Positions 1-13,119 are shown, numbered from the stretch's first letter. The stretch: DNA of 37,260 nucleotides from Ginglymostoma cirratum (GCA_024137785.1 JAHRHZ010000032.1:13406508-13443767); one strand, 5' to 3'. The notes: generated from the sequence alone by a model not told the origin. Numbers and translations are program-made.

Positions 1-1190
1 GAGTGAGGGTGTGTGAGTGAGGGCATGAGAGAGTGAGGGTGTGTGAATGAGGGGGCAGAAGAGAGTGAGGTGGCGGGAGAGGGTGAGTGTGTGTGTGAGG
101 GTGGGGAGTGAGTGAGCGTGTGTGAGTGTGGAGGGGTGAGAGTGCGCGTTTGTGAGTGACGAGTGGGGGAGACAGTGAGGGTGTGTGAGCGAGGGGGGGA
201 GAGGGTGAGGTTGTGTGAGTGAGGGGGTGAGGGGTGGGAGACCGTGTGTGTCAGAGTGAGGGTGGGGAGAGAGTGAGCATGTGTGAGGGACGTGGTGGGG
301 AGAGATTGAGCATGTGTGAGTGACAGGTGGGGAGATTGAGCGTGTGTGAGTGAGGGGGCGGGGAGAGAGTGTGAGTGTGACGGGTGAAGAGAGTGTGTGT
401 GTGTGCGGGGAAGAGCGCACGTGTGAGAGAGCAGGAGCAAGCGTGCGTGTAGGGGGGGAGAGCACCCATGTGAAAGAAGGGGGGAGAGCACGCATGTGAG
501 GGATGTTGAGCGTGTGTGTGTGTGGGGGCGTGGAGAGCGTGTGTGAGAGAGGGGGTGAGAGTGTGTGTGTGGGGTGTGGAGAGCGTGCGTGTGTGTATGC
601 GGGGGTGAGCGTGTGTGTGGGGTGGGAGAGCGTGTCAGTGTGGGGTGGGAGAGTATGTGAGTGGGGGTTGGGAGAGTGAATGTGTGTCAGAGGGAAGAGT
701 GAATGTGTGTCGGAGGGCAAAGTAAATGTGTGTCGGATGGCAGAGCGCGTGTGTGTTGGGTGGGAGAGCGCATGGGTGTGGAGTGGGAGAGCGTGTGTGC
801 GTGGGGTGGGAGAGCGAATGTGTGTCAGAGGGCAGAGCGAATGTGTTTCGGAGGGCAGAGCGCGTGTGTGTCGGAAGGCAGAGCGCGTGTGTGTGGGGTG
901 GGAGAGCATGTGTGTGTGCGTGGGGTGGGAGAGCAAATGTGTGTCAGAGGGCAGAGCAAATGTGTGTCGGAGGGCAGAGCGCGTGTGTGTCGGAGGGCAG
1001 AGCGCGTGTGTGTGGGGTTGCGAGAGCGTGTGCGCATGTGGGACGGAGCGCGTGTGCGTGTGTGTGAGGGGGGAAAGTGTGTGTGCGAGTGGGGAAAAGC
1101 GTGTGTACATTTGTGTGAAGGGGGGAGAGCGTGTGTGCATTTGTGTGAGCGTGGGAGAGCCATTGTGTGTGTGTGTGTGTGGGGGGGTGG
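1..1190. repeat. GT/GA-rich low-complexity tract with a minisatellite core
   Basis: Degenerate (GT)n/(GA)n. From about 660 to 1040 the units gggcagagcgcgtgtgtgtcgga (about 23 nt) and ggggtgggagagcg... recur. Confidence 0.95.
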
Positions 1191-1196
1191 GGATGA

Positions 1197-1348
1197 CTCT
1201 CTCCCTCACACACACACACACACTCTCTCTCTGTCCCCTCTCTCTCCCTCGCCCCTCTCTCTCCCCCCTCTCTCTCTCTCCCCCCCTCTGTCTCTCCCCT
1301 CTCACTCTCGATCTGTCTCTGACACACATACATACACTCACATACACG
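1197..1348. repeat. (CA)n/(CT)n microsatellite tract
   Basis: Direct reading. Strand polarity is opposite to the 1-1190 tract. Confidence 0.9.
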
Positions 1349-1810
1349 TGAATCAATAGGGTGAATTTATATTTGCAGATGCATTTTATTTTGTTCAAAA
1401 AGCACAAAATTTATAGACAGTCAGTCAATATGGTGTTTTATAAATTCCTACTTTAGAAGTAAAACCAGCCTGACTCCAAACTAAAACACAAACAGATTCT
1501 AAACAAGGTCAAACACACACACACACACTTTCTTAACCTGCATTGTCTGACCTAAAATATCCCCCCTTCTTCACATTGATAAAACCTTTAGTTCTCTTTG
1601 GGCTGTTACTTGAAAGGAATTTGGAGATTTACATATACATATTAATCAATTAAAACCTTCCAACTGATTAAAGATTTAACAGCACCTTAGGTTTGTTTAG
1701 TACATCCTCATCAATGGTGTGAACCTTTGATGTTTTACTTATAAATTCTGTGTCTGATACCACCTCACTAACACCTGAAGAAGGATTGAGGCTCCAAAAG
1801 CTTATTGGGA
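1340..1810 (+). mobile_element. Penelope-like element terminal (pLTR-like) remnant
   Basis: Follows CA-rich sequence and ends in cacCTGAAGAaggattgaggctccAAAAgctt, a decayed hammerhead-type terminus like those at about 6600 and 37130. Confidence 0.6.
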
Positions 1811-2439
1811 AAGTAAATTGAAATGAAGAGGTAAGAAATTTACAAATTGATTTGGAGGGTTTGGTGAATGGCCCAGAACTCAATGCTCAACCTATCGGTT
1901 TAGGCAAAATGTTGCAGCTAAAATGCATGCCTGATCCAAGCATTAGGCCTCTTACAGTTTCAAGTATGGCAGGAATTATCCTTTTTAGGCCTCCTGCACA
2001 ATTTTTTTCTGATTGAAAGCGGTGTTCTAAGTCACTAAATAATATAGGAATTGACTCGTATAATTTCCTCAATATTTTATTTGCTGTCGTCTCAAATACA
2101 TCAGCAAGCAATAAGAAAAATAATTCACAAAATTATTCTTGTTTAATTTGCCATTATTGCTTCCTTGAAAAACAAATTGAGAACCTAAGGTCAGCAGGCA
2201 AGGAAAAATGGAATAACCACCTGTAAATGTCCTGTGCGGACAAGGTGTACTCTAAGATTTTGAAATCTGACATGGATCCCAATCACCATGATTATGATGT
2301 CAAAATATAACTTATGCAAACCCTCTTTGCTTTTAGATTTTTCTTTGCTTAAAAATTAAGCATGTTGTAAACAGGATGCATAGGCTAATCTGAACCATTA
2401 CATCTCCAATGGAGGTTCACAATTATGCTGGCAGATTAT

Positions 2440-2645
2440 TGTAAAAGCATAGCTGGTTCATTAACTCTCTTTAAAGTGATGGAATCAGCCATCTTTTGTC
2501 TGATTTGGCCCCGTAAGTGACTTCAGTTCTACACCAGTGTGGAAAACTTTTAACTGCCCTCTAAAATGGGCTCAGAAGGCACTCTAGGAAGCAGCAACAT
2601 ATTCTGCCATTGCTAACAATGCCAACCTCCTGAGAATGGATGTAA
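2440..2645 (+). mobile_element. Degenerate SINE 3' part
   Basis: Similar to the SINE at 9560-10655 (ggaatcagccatc...aactgccctctaaaatgg). Confidence 0.55.
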
Positions 2646-2989
2646 CAGATTCAGGACAGTGAGTAACCTCAGAAGAAGACAGGGGAATTATAGAACCCAG
2701 GAAATAGGTTTCTCAGTAATATGTTACAAAATGGCTTATGCATAGGATTGTGGAAGACTGTCTTCTTAACATCCAAGTTGGTACTTATTATGTATCCTGG
2801 CAGAATGCACAAACTAGGGGTGGGTACTATTTAATGTTATTTTTATTTTGTTGGGCTAATATTTTGAATGCACGTTCCTCACAGGGAGCACTGCTTACCA
2901 CATTTGGAAATCACAGGTAGGCTAATGTCCCATGATTTTCCATCTTGCACATGCAAATCACTGTATAAAAATAAAGTATTTGAACCTAT

Positions 2990-3110
2990 GGCACATGGCC
3001 TGCAGTGATTCAAGAAGGCAGCTCACAACCACCTTCTCAAGGGCAACTAGGGCAGACAATAAAGGCTGGCCAACCAGTGACACAAAGGTCCCACAAGTGA
3101 ATAAAGAAAG
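2990..3110 (+). mobile_element. LINE (CR1 group) 3' tail
   Basis: ttcaagaaggcagctcac...ttctcaagggcaactaggg...ataaaggctggcc, a tail also shared by the SINE ending at about 10655. Confidence 0.65.
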
Positions 3111-4999
3111 GCCTTAATATTAAAAACTTGAATGTCGCTCTTCTTTTGTGTCAAAACAAGTAAAAAAAGCTAGAAGCAAGCAAACAATATTTTAGTTATT
3201 TATGTCAAAAAAGGAACAGTTTATCTCTCCTGCACTGCATTGTATGTATATTCCAATTGGCCAATTTATAGAAGTCTCACATTTTAGCTTACCTAATAAA
3301 ACGTGACAAAACACGATCACATGAATAGCCATGACATTATGTAAATCAGCACATGAAATTAAAGCCACCATATATTTATTGAAGTAAATTCAAAACAGTT
3401 CAAAGATGTATTTCCAGCATTTAATCAATTTAACTTTAATCAAATTTACATTTCTGTAGTAAATATATTTTCAATGGTATTGATACTATACATTAACATA
3501 TAAACATAACACTTCTTTGCTCATTATGTTACATGAGGTTCAACCACTTAAAATTGATGGATATTAAAATAATTTTTAAAAATATATTATATGAATGGTG
3601 TAACCCTTTGTTTTTGCAAATAGCAAAGTGCAATGTATAATTTGAACCAATTTATAATCTTGCCAGGGAATGTTATCAATGTATGGCTGTAGTCTTGTTT
3701 TTTTATTTGTAATCCTAGTTTTAGGTTAAATTGCTTGTAGTTAGAAGTTAAAAGTAGAAAGTCCCCCTGAGTTGTCGGCTAATCTACGACTGTCAAGGGA
3801 ATTTAACTGCAATAAATCCAAAAAATATATAATGAATTACCTATCAGAAAATGAGTAAATTCAAGATCAAGAAACCAAAATGCAGTAAATTAACGCCATA
3901 ACTTAATAAGCAACCTGTGAAAGCACATGACTGTGGTTATGTGTGGGATACCCATTACCCTAAGGAGCCCCTGCAGAGTTAAAAATTTTTATGATCTCAC
4001 CAGGTCACAAAGAACAAGCCTTTCACTCTGAAATTGTTAACCTCACTCTGGTCAGAAGGTACAGGTTCAACTCCCCCTGAAAATTAATTTGTATAGTTAT
4101 TCAACCATGAGGTGCATGCTCTGAAGTGTTTAAAGGATGACACAATTGTTCAGAGGGAAAACTGTAAAATTTGACTTAAAAAAAGGAAGAGAGAATGCCC
4201 AATACAGGCCCTAAAGCTCCAAAAGATTTTCATGCCTTCCAGTGCAGATCCCGTCAGAAATGCATGATTCTGCCACTATTGCTACTCAGCCACCTCTTTT
4301 TGAAACTGAGCAAATTTGACAGGATATTTGATATTAAATTCATTCTTTAAAGAGTCAAATATGTAATCTGTAGTTGGTAATTCTGCTTCCAAATGTTATA
4401 GCTGTAGTAATTAGTAAACTTGGCACCATTAAACTATTAAAGAATTTACGGTACAATACCCCTCTGTGTCAATCCCTAATTTTCCCTGAATGGCAAGTCC
4501 CAGACTGCAACTTAAATTAGTAATCAAGGATGCTTAATTATGTGGAGTAAACACATCAGCACATCAGGTTGTTGGTTCTAACTGACAGACCAGGATCATA
4601 TCGTTCTGGCAGAGCTAATATCCTTCTGATAATTTCTTTGGCTTTCAAAGGTAAGGAATTCACTACCTTTCTGTAGCAATGGTTGAGAGTTCCTTAATCC
4701 CTAGTAGCAGCTGATAGGTAGGTTAGATGGAAGTCATTGACCAGTGTGGCAATTCCACAGTCTATCCCAGCACCACCCCCCAAATGTGACCACTTCACTG
4801 ATATATCACTGAAGATGCATCCATAGTAAAGGATTAGGTTGAAGAAACAATGCACAATCCAGTTGATGGAATTAGTTTGAACTACAAACGTAGCCACAAA
4901 CAACCCACCTGATCTCTGTCCTGAATTAGAGTTTCAGGACAAACTAAAAAGGGAAGCTGAAGTTAGCTGACCAATCAAAATTAACTGGAAGACTGCTAA

Positions 5000-6485
5000 A
5001 AATTGCACTTTTGTTTAAAAATAGAGCGAGGGGTGGACTGAATAATTACAGGCCAGTTAGTCTAACATCAGTTTTGTGCAAATTGGTGGAGATAGAGAGG
5101 CAGGACAATCTGCCAGCTAGGCATGAAATAATCAAGAGTTGTTGGCATGAATTTCATGGGAAGATCATGCCTGATTAAATTGATTGAATTTTTTTTAGGA
5201 CGTAACAAAGAAGATTGTTGGCGGTCATGCAGTTGATGTGGTATACTGGGATTTTAGTAAGGCTTTCAACAGGGTTCCACATAGCACAGAATAAAAGTAA
5301 TGGGAATGTGGCAAACTTGATATAAAATTGGTTCAGTGACGGGAAGCAATAGATAATTGCTGACCAGTGTTTTTGCAACATGAAGGCTGTTTCCAGTGAG
5401 GTTTTTCAGGGTACAGTATTAGGTCTCCCTGCGTTTTGAGGTACATATTAATGATTTAGACTGAAATATAGCAGCATGATCAAGATGTTTGCAGACGACA
5501 GAAAAATTGGTCACATGGTTGATAGCAAAGAGGGAAGCTTAGGTTATAAGATATAAACAATGTAACAAATGGAATTCAACCTGAAGAAGTAAAAGGTAAT
5601 GCATTTGTGTAAAACGAACCAGGCAAAGGAAGATGTAGAGGAACCACAGAGTGAATTTCCACAGATTCCCAAAAGTAGTAGAACAGATCAGTAATGTGGT
5701 TAAAAAATACATATTGAATACGTTTCTTTATTAGCCAAGGCATAGAATGAAGGTTATGCTGGAGCTATTTAAAACACTTGAGTACTGCATATAGTTCTGG
5801 TCAGCTTGTTCTGAAAAGGGCAGAGGGTACTGAAGGGATTTACAAGGATGTTTCCAGGACTGGAAAAGTGCAGCTATGAGGAAGGATTGGATATGCTGAG
5901 GTTGTTTTTCTTGGAATAGGCAAGGCTTAGGGGAGACTCAGCGGTGGTGCACAAGGTTGAAAACAGCTGGGACGAAGTGGATGGGAAGTGCTTTGTAACG
6001 TTAGCAAACCAGCCAGCGACAAAGGGGAGGCGGGGGGGGGCGCCCGCGGGAGTTGGTTAGGCGGTGCATAGACTGAAAGTGACTGGTAGAAGGATTGGGA
6101 GGAGATGACATTTTGTTTCACCTAGCTGGTGGAGTCTGAAACTCATGGCCTGAAAAGTTTGTAGAGGCAGGTCCCCTTGACTCATTTAAAAGGTATCCAG
6201 ATTTGCAGCTGAAGTTCTGTTACATCAAGGGTCACAGCCCAAGCACTAGAAAATGGGATTAGACTGGTTAGCTTGATTTTTTTCAGTAGGTGCAGACACA
6301 ATAAACAGAATGGACTCTTTCTGAGATATATATTTTTCTATATTTCTGCATATAAAGTTCTGAAGAGATGTGCAGGGGTACAGTTTAGGGACATGGAATG
6401 GGGAAGCATGTGCATAGCTCCTTAGGAAGGCCAGCATAGACACATTGCGTCAAAATGCCCTCTACTGTGCTGTAATGATTCTATA
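5000..6485 (+). mobile_element. CR1/HER1-type LINE, degenerate ORF2 (RT) and 3' tail fragments
   Basis: Contains aattacaggccagttagtctaacatcag (NYRPVSLTS), gattttagtaaggctttc (DFSKAF) and tttgcagacgac (FADD), and ends in ctgtgctgtaatgattcta. Confidence 0.85.
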
Positions 6486-6514
6486 AATATTTTGCACCAA
6501 ATGATTATCTTCAT

Positions 6515-6683
6515 GTGGAGTTGCCGGTGTTGGACTGAGGTGGAAAAATGAGAAGTCACAGGATACCAGGTTATAGTCCAACAGGTTTATTTGAAATCAC
6601 AAGCTTTCAGGGCATTGCTCCTTCGTTAGCTGAAGGAAATAAACCTGTTGGACTATAACCTGGTGTCGTGTGACTTCTAATTT
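6515..6683. mobile_element. Palindromic Penelope-derived mini-element (family B)
   Basis: agaagtcac...accaggttatagtccaacaggtttattt is inverted as aaataaacctgttggactataacctggt...gtgacttct. A decayed hammerhead motif lies on - at about 6598-6632. Confidence 0.75.
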
Positions 6684-7239
6684 CATTACATTTAGGGTGT
6701 ACACATCAGATGACTTTTCATAAAAAGTGTGCAACGCTGCCCTTGTCTAAAAACGGATCTGGCTGGTGAGTTATTTCCTTTCTTTTGTTTTTTTGCGGAT
6801 TTAAGGTCAGTGCTTGCTGTGTGCAATCATGATTTAGGATACTGTAACTAACAGGAAAATAGCCAGCTTCCCCTTTGAGGTGTGACAAAGGTTGGTGGGA
6901 ATTCCAAAGAAAATTCAAACTGACATTACCAACCTGTACCAGTTCCTTCACTTTGACAGGATCAAGACTGAAGCAAGTTAATCCTCAGACTACAATAATT
7001 ATTTGTTTCCTTGAACACGACAAATTTGTAATTTTTTAATTCCTACATGCAATACTGAGAAACACTGGTTGTGAAACATATTAGGCTCAAAAATATTGTT
7101 AAGGAATAACATTGTGTGATTAACCCACACCTATTGCTTCTGAAACAGGTAAAATGTAAATGTGATGCTATTAACTGATTTAAGTGATTTCTGAATGTAG
7201 CCAGTGTTAAGCATGCTTTTGAATGGCTGCATGCCTGAG

Positions 7240-8340
7240 TGCAGGAGCAAAGTCAGGTGTCACTGAGGCCATGGTCAGCAATGGGGCTGAAACCATGTAA
7301 AGATGACAGTATCCTCAAACTTCATCTTCCTTCTCACACTCAACTTCCTCCTTGTCCACCAATCACTAATTATTTGAAAGTTGCAGATGACGTAGGCATG
7401 CAATACTGTTGCCCCACAAAAGCAGACCGTTGTGGCTCTCTCTATTCAGAAACACAGAAGCTATCATTTGATCAATCAGTGGTGAAAAAGGAGAGAGTGA
7501 GAGCAAAGAAGAGCAGGAAGAAAGTGAAAGTAGGGAGCTGTGAGGATGGAACAATGTCACACATTCCCACAATTGCCGTTGTCAGCTCAACAACGATCCC
7601 AGTGCACACTTTCAGGGCAGCACAGGGGTGGAATCTTTATGTGGTGAGACATCAGACACAAACGGCCTGGGCAGTATAAAGTGCCAGCTCTCAAAGGACA
7701 AAGCTGTTCTGGAGCTTACTGCAGAAATTTTAATTGAGGATGTCAGTGGGGTAGCCTACAGCAAAGGGATGCTCAATGAACTGACGCACCTGCGAGAAAG
7801 CCTGTGGTCATGTCCGAGAGCAGGGAGTTGTGTCAGGTCTTTGTAGAACTTGTACCATCTTTTCCATCAAGGAAATGGTTACTAACCCTATTAGAACACT
7901 TGCAGAGCCCAGTAAGTTGGATGATGTTTCAGCTTCCTTTGCAGAGCCAACACAAAGCACCCAACCTCTGAGTACCATGGTGAAAGCTCAAGACGGAAGT
8001 CCCCAAAACACAGATACGAATGCTCAAAAGGCATGGTAGGGTTTCACAGTATTCTGGGTGTCTGTTCTCTAACTCATTGCTTTCATTATTGACAAGCTAC
8101 AATGTAAAAGTGCCAGTGGTTCCTTGGAGCTTGAAACTGCTGTCTTCTCTTTGTCCTCTGTCCAATGCCATACCATCACTCCCTTTGTTGTTGCCAGTCA
8201 GTTAGCCAATCCATGCTTCTGCACCAATGTTGAACTGCTATTGTCATAAGTTGGGTCATCCAGGGCCAAATCTCTGAAATCAGGGCAAAATTCTTCACCA
8301 TGTGCCAAACTACTGTATGCACGTTGACTTCAGCAACATT
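7240..8340 (+). mobile_element. Possible degenerate DNA transposon coding remnant (Harbinger-associated Myb/SANT-like ORF?)
   Basis: Chain of broken ORFs in more GC-rich sequence (…IEDVSGVAYSKGMLNELTHLRESL…) resembling shark Harbinger-type accessory ORFs as I remember them. No catalytic motif is visible. Confidence 0.3.
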
Positions 8341-9559
8341 AAATAACAGTATAATTCACTAAACACTTCTTCTGATTAAGTACCAACCACTAAAAACTAA
8401 TAAGCAACTTTGCTGATGATTTCTTTAAATTTTGTTATTTTTATTCATTTGTGTAGTGTAAGTATTGCTTAGAAGGCTAGCATTTATTGCCTATTGCTAA
8501 CATATTTGATGGGAGCTTCTACCCATTGCTCAACACACATTCAGCATTGCTATGTTAAGACAGGGTGTTGTCTGGAATGTTCAGGTCAAAATGCCACAAT
8601 TGATGCCAAATTTTCCTTACATGTTGGCTTGCAATGCTGTCTGCCTTCATTCCATAATTTTGATGCATACCCATTGGGCCCACACAAATTGTCTTACCAA
8701 AATGATGTTCAGTGTAACTAGCAACAGAACAAATGGTGCTCATCTTATGAGAAATAGAGTTCCTGCGGAAAAATCATTTAGCTGGTCATAATTTGTCAAA
8801 TGAACTTCTGTTGGAACTGCTGCAAATCCACATAATGCTTTATATGTACTGGTTTCTAAATGGAATTTAGGTTTTTCACATTTGGCCTGGAATAAGAGAT
8901 AAAATAAATCCTATACTACGTGTTGCCATTCCACCAAAACAGTTGAGAATCAGTCTGGGCATGTACATTCTTTGACATCAGATATGTCAATTTGCATCAG
9001 GGAATAAGTGGGCACCATTGGGATTGCGGATTAAATGAGGACTGGGGAGGATTAGACCAAACTGCAGCCTGGATCAATGAGCAAAGAGCCAGTGCTTTCA
9101 AATTGTAAATCAGGAAGAAGGAAAGGTAAAACACAATCAAGGAATGTCAAGAAGTGAATGCAAGCAGGCACTCGAATATCCAGCACCATAGGCCTGAGGG
9201 TCCCAAGCAGTGACACAAGAACTGCTAGCATCATTCAAACCAGGTATCTTCCTACTACCACCATAAGCTGGCCCAATGATACTAATAGACATTATTAGTG
9301 AGAGATCTGGCTGCATGGCCAGGACCACAATACATAATTCTAAACTATTACATTGCATAGTTATTACAACAGTCCTATACCTGCAGTACTTTCATTTACT
9401 GTCAACTTTAGAAGAAACTGCAGATTTTTTCCCTTCTAAAAAATGGGTTAAGCTTTGTTGTCAATATCATCACCATTGCAGTTCCATTAACGAAGTAAAA
9501 TCAAAATATCTGATTAAAATTAATTCCCACAGATTCACACTGGATTGAGGCTGCTTAGC

Positions 9560-10655
9560 TGGGAGACAATGACATAGTAGTATTGTCACTGACTTACTAA
9601 TCATAGAGCCAATGCTTACAGGTTCAAATCCCACCACAGAAGCTGGTGGGATTTAAGTTCAATCAATAAAACTGGAATTGAAGCCAATCTTAGTAATTGT
9701 GACAATGAAACTTCAAACAATTGCCATGAAAATGTACCACCTATACCTTAATGTATTTTAGTAAAGGAAATCTGCCATCCTTATTGGGTCTGGGCTGCAT
9801 ACAATTCCAGACCTACAGTAACGTGGGCAGGATTTTCCCAAAATGTGGCTGAGTGCTAATTTCAGGGAATTTCATTGAGAGTTTCCCTCTAATGACGGTT
9901 ATTATCTTCTCAGTGTTACCTCACTCTAACTCCACCACTACACATATTCCACCTAGTCTAATGATTGGTGCCTGTTCCTACATGCAAAGCAACCTAGCAT
10001 CAGAGGGGTCAGTGAGCTCCCGTGCTGAAATACAAGATTGTACTATGTGAGTCTGAACCGTGCCATGATGATGTGGTGAGACTGGTCCTTTGCAGATATC
10101 AGGTTCTGTGGACAGAGGGTGCAGGCGGGTCACTGCCCTTGGAACATGTCTCAAGATGTTGAGGAATACTGGTTGAGATGGATGCTCAGAGAAGATCCAG
10201 TCAACACCTGTTGTCAGGTACCTGCTCAGACTTTCATGGCATGAATTGGTACATGTAGTTTCTCTCCAATAACTGGGAAGATAGCAACCTGCATTTTTTT
10301 TAACCATCACTAATAGCAACTTGCTATGAAAAAAGTGAGATTAGATAAGAATAAGATGCTAAAGCATGCAAAAAGTTCCCTTGATGCTGTAATAATGAGA
10401 CTCTGCTCTAGCCGTTGAAACCTTAAGTAGAAAATTGGATTTTAATTTCTTTACATTGAGAATCTAATTATTTTTCATTTTGTCATATTTTCCACGTGTC
10501 TCACCATTGTCCACATCATTCAAAGGCTGGAAAATTCACCCCATGGTTAACTTTGAAAAGGCCAGATTAGCCACTGAGTTCAAGGACAATTCGAGATGCG
10601 CCACAAATGCTGGCCTTGCCAGACATGCCTACAGCCTGTGAAAAACAAGAAAAAT
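9560..10655 (+). mobile_element. tRNA-derived SINE split by an insertion at 9825-10542
   Basis: B-box-like ggttcaaatccc at about 9621. The body stops at ccagacctacagtaacgt and resumes at atggttaact...caaggacaatt...aaatgctggccttgcc. Confidence 0.75.
9825..10542. mobile_element. Non-autonomous DNA transposon (MITE-like) with imperfect 14-bp TIRs
   Basis: Left end gggcaggattttcc, right end ggaaaattcacccc (reverse complement ggggtgaattttcc). Interrupts a SINE cleanly. Confidence 0.65.
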
Positions 10656-10749
10656 CTCACTACATAGTAGGGATAAACTCTCAACTGAGACAGATCAACC
10701 TATGGGAGAGTCTTTAGCTTATCCAAAAGGAGTAAAATAGGTTTTGGTG

Positions 10750-11370
10750 GTCAGGAGGCAAGTTCTTTCCCACAGAGTTCCCAGCCTCTGACCTGCTGTT
10801 TGTGCAGGTTGGTGCAATTAGGTTCTGGTCAATGGTGACCTCCAAAATGTTGATGGTAGAGAATTGAACAATGGTAACAACATTGAATGTGAAGGGGAGA
10901 TGATTGGATTCTTTGTTGTTACAGATGATAATTACTTGATACTTGTTTAGCACAAATATCATTTGACAGTTTTCAGACCAAGTCTGTATATTGTCCAAGT
11001 TTTGCTTCATGTGGGCATGAACTGCTTCATTATCTGAGGAGTTACAAAGATCATCAGCAAATATTCTCAATTCTGACTTTATGATAGAGTGAAGGTCATT
11101 GACAAAGCAGCTGAAAATGGTTGTCACAGGTCATTGAGAAATTCCTACAGTGATGTCTGGGCTAAGATAATTGTCCTCTAACATTCAAAATCATATTTCT
11201 TTGTTGTACGTGTGACTCCAACCAGTGCAAGTTCTCCGTCCACTCCTTGATGTAATAATTAGTCAAATGCTACTTTGATGTCAAGGGTAGTCACTCATCT
11301 CGTCTCTGGAATTCCTATTTTTTATTCATGCTTGAATCAAGGCTGTGATAGGTACATAAGCTGCATGGTC
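10750..11370 (-). mobile_element. LINE RT fragment (CR1 group)
   Basis: ORF 10714-11127 reads FSCFVNDL...LRIFADD...LDNIQTW. Homologous to 20470-21350. Confidence 0.85.
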
Positions 11371-11589
11371 CTGATTTGGCAGTCAGTGTGCTGATAGAGA
11401 CTCCTGTTTTACTAGAAATTTAAATTTCTTGCAACTAAAAAGGTTCCCTACTGCCTCTCAGAAAATGTTTGGTATTTTAAATACTGGTAGAAGTTTAACA
11501 TGAAAAACATATATTACAGTGTCAATTTTTGGCTACTTTTACTTGAGATTTAAATGGCCTTAGATGGTATCATAGATATTTTCTAATTA

Positions 11590-11660
11590 ATCTGCTTAGA
11601 GATATTATTACACACCACTGGAGCAGGTGGGACTTGAACCCTGCCTTTTGGCTCAGAGGT
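11590..11660 (-). mobile_element. Short tRNA-derived SINE fragment
   Basis: gggacttgaacc is the reverse complement of the B-box ggttcaagtccc. Confidence 0.5.
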
Positions 11661-12269
11661 AAACAAACATATCTTATAGTCATAAATTTGCCTTTCAATT
11701 CACAGAATCATTGGAAAAACATAACCATCAACTAGCAGGCCCATCAAGTTTTCTCCAGTATTTTTTCTTCATGTGAACTTTTTCTTGACTTGCCATTTTC
11801 TGGTGGTATCTATAATATTTAATATTCATATTTTAAGTCACTATCTTACTTCCCATCAAAATAATCAGTATAGACTTTTCTGGAACAATGATATCACATT
11901 TTAGTACTAATAGAAAGCAGACTAGTGGGTGGAATAGATCCAACTGGGGTGTGGTTAATTGTTACAATGCTAAAATGTTGCAAACTAAAAATACTTATCA
12001 AATAATTACAGCCAAATGCTGTTCATCATATGAGCATTAGCACTTCTTGTTAGTTCATTTATACATATGATCAAGAATTGTGAGTAAAAAAAAAAAGTTC
12101 TGCTTTCTGAAAATAATTTTGGATTTGCATTTAGGGTTTTAACCATCTGCAGTTATTCAAATCTAACCCATGAAGCCACAAGAGGATTGCAGTAAGACTG
12201 GAACTAGGTTTTCAAAATGTGGAACAAAGGTACAGAGTGTCACAGATGAACAATATCAAGCCTCTATAT

Positions 12270-12890
12270 TAAAACAGAGGACACCAGTTTCTTCCCAAGA
12301 ATGTCATCAGAGTGTGGAATTCTCATTCTAAGAAGGTAATGGAGGTTGTGTCCTTAAATTGATTCAAGGCTGAATTAGGTATAGTTTTGATTGGCAATGG
12401 AGTTAAGAATCATTTCAGACAGCAGTTAGGAGTCAGCCACATTTCTGTGGGTCTAGAGTCACATGTAAATCAGATGGATATGGATGGCTGATTTCCTTCG
12501 TAAAGAACATCAGTAAATCAGGTTTTAAAGACAATGAAAGTTTCATGATCACCACTGAGACTAACTTTCAATTTCAGATTTTATTAACTTGTATTTAAAT
12601 TACACTAGATGCTGTGGCGGGACTTGAATGCATGTCTCCAGAGTATTAGCCTGGACTTCCCAATTACTTGTCCAGAGTCACACAGCTAGAGTCTTAGAGT
12701 TGCATAGCAAGGAAATAGACCCTTCAATCCAACTCATCCATGCCGACCAGATTCCTAAACTGATCTAGTCCCATTTGTCAGTATTTTGCCCATATACCCA
12801 TCTAGATGCCTTTTAAATGTTGTGATTGTACCAGCCTCCACCATTTCCTCTGGCAGCTCATTCCATACATGGACCACCCTCTGTGTGGAA
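12270..12890. mobile_element. Cluster: CR1 tail (+, about 12270-12430), tRNA SINE (-, about 12430-12680), CR1 tail (-, about 12685-12890)
   Basis: CR1 3' UTR motifs (gtgtggaattc; ccttttaaatgttgt...accagcctccacc) and a reverse B-box gggacttgaa at about 12619. Confidence 0.7.
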
Positions 12891-13119
12891 AAGGAAGAAT
12901 TCCACTGCTCCACCATCTCCCCCATGAGTCTTCCTGGAATATCAATCTTTCTGAAACAAGAGTACTACTAAAGCCCAGTCATTATTGACATGTAGAAATG
13001 ACATATGCTCACTAAATTGTCACCAGGACACCAGCCTCAAAGCTATCCTGCATAACCTCTATCAATGGTCCGCTGTAGTTTTGCTATTCTATTACTAGAA
13101 ATTAATGAACCTGGTAATG

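Noticed and set aside
660-1040. Regularly recurring ~23-nt units resembling a CRISPR-like array
   Set aside because: No unique spacers, low complexity and a vertebrate context; this is a minisatellite.
251-1359. Long ORFs (up to 223 aa) rich in C/V/G/R or H/T/L/P
   Set aside because: Translations of dinucleotide and minisatellite repeats, open in several frames on both strands.
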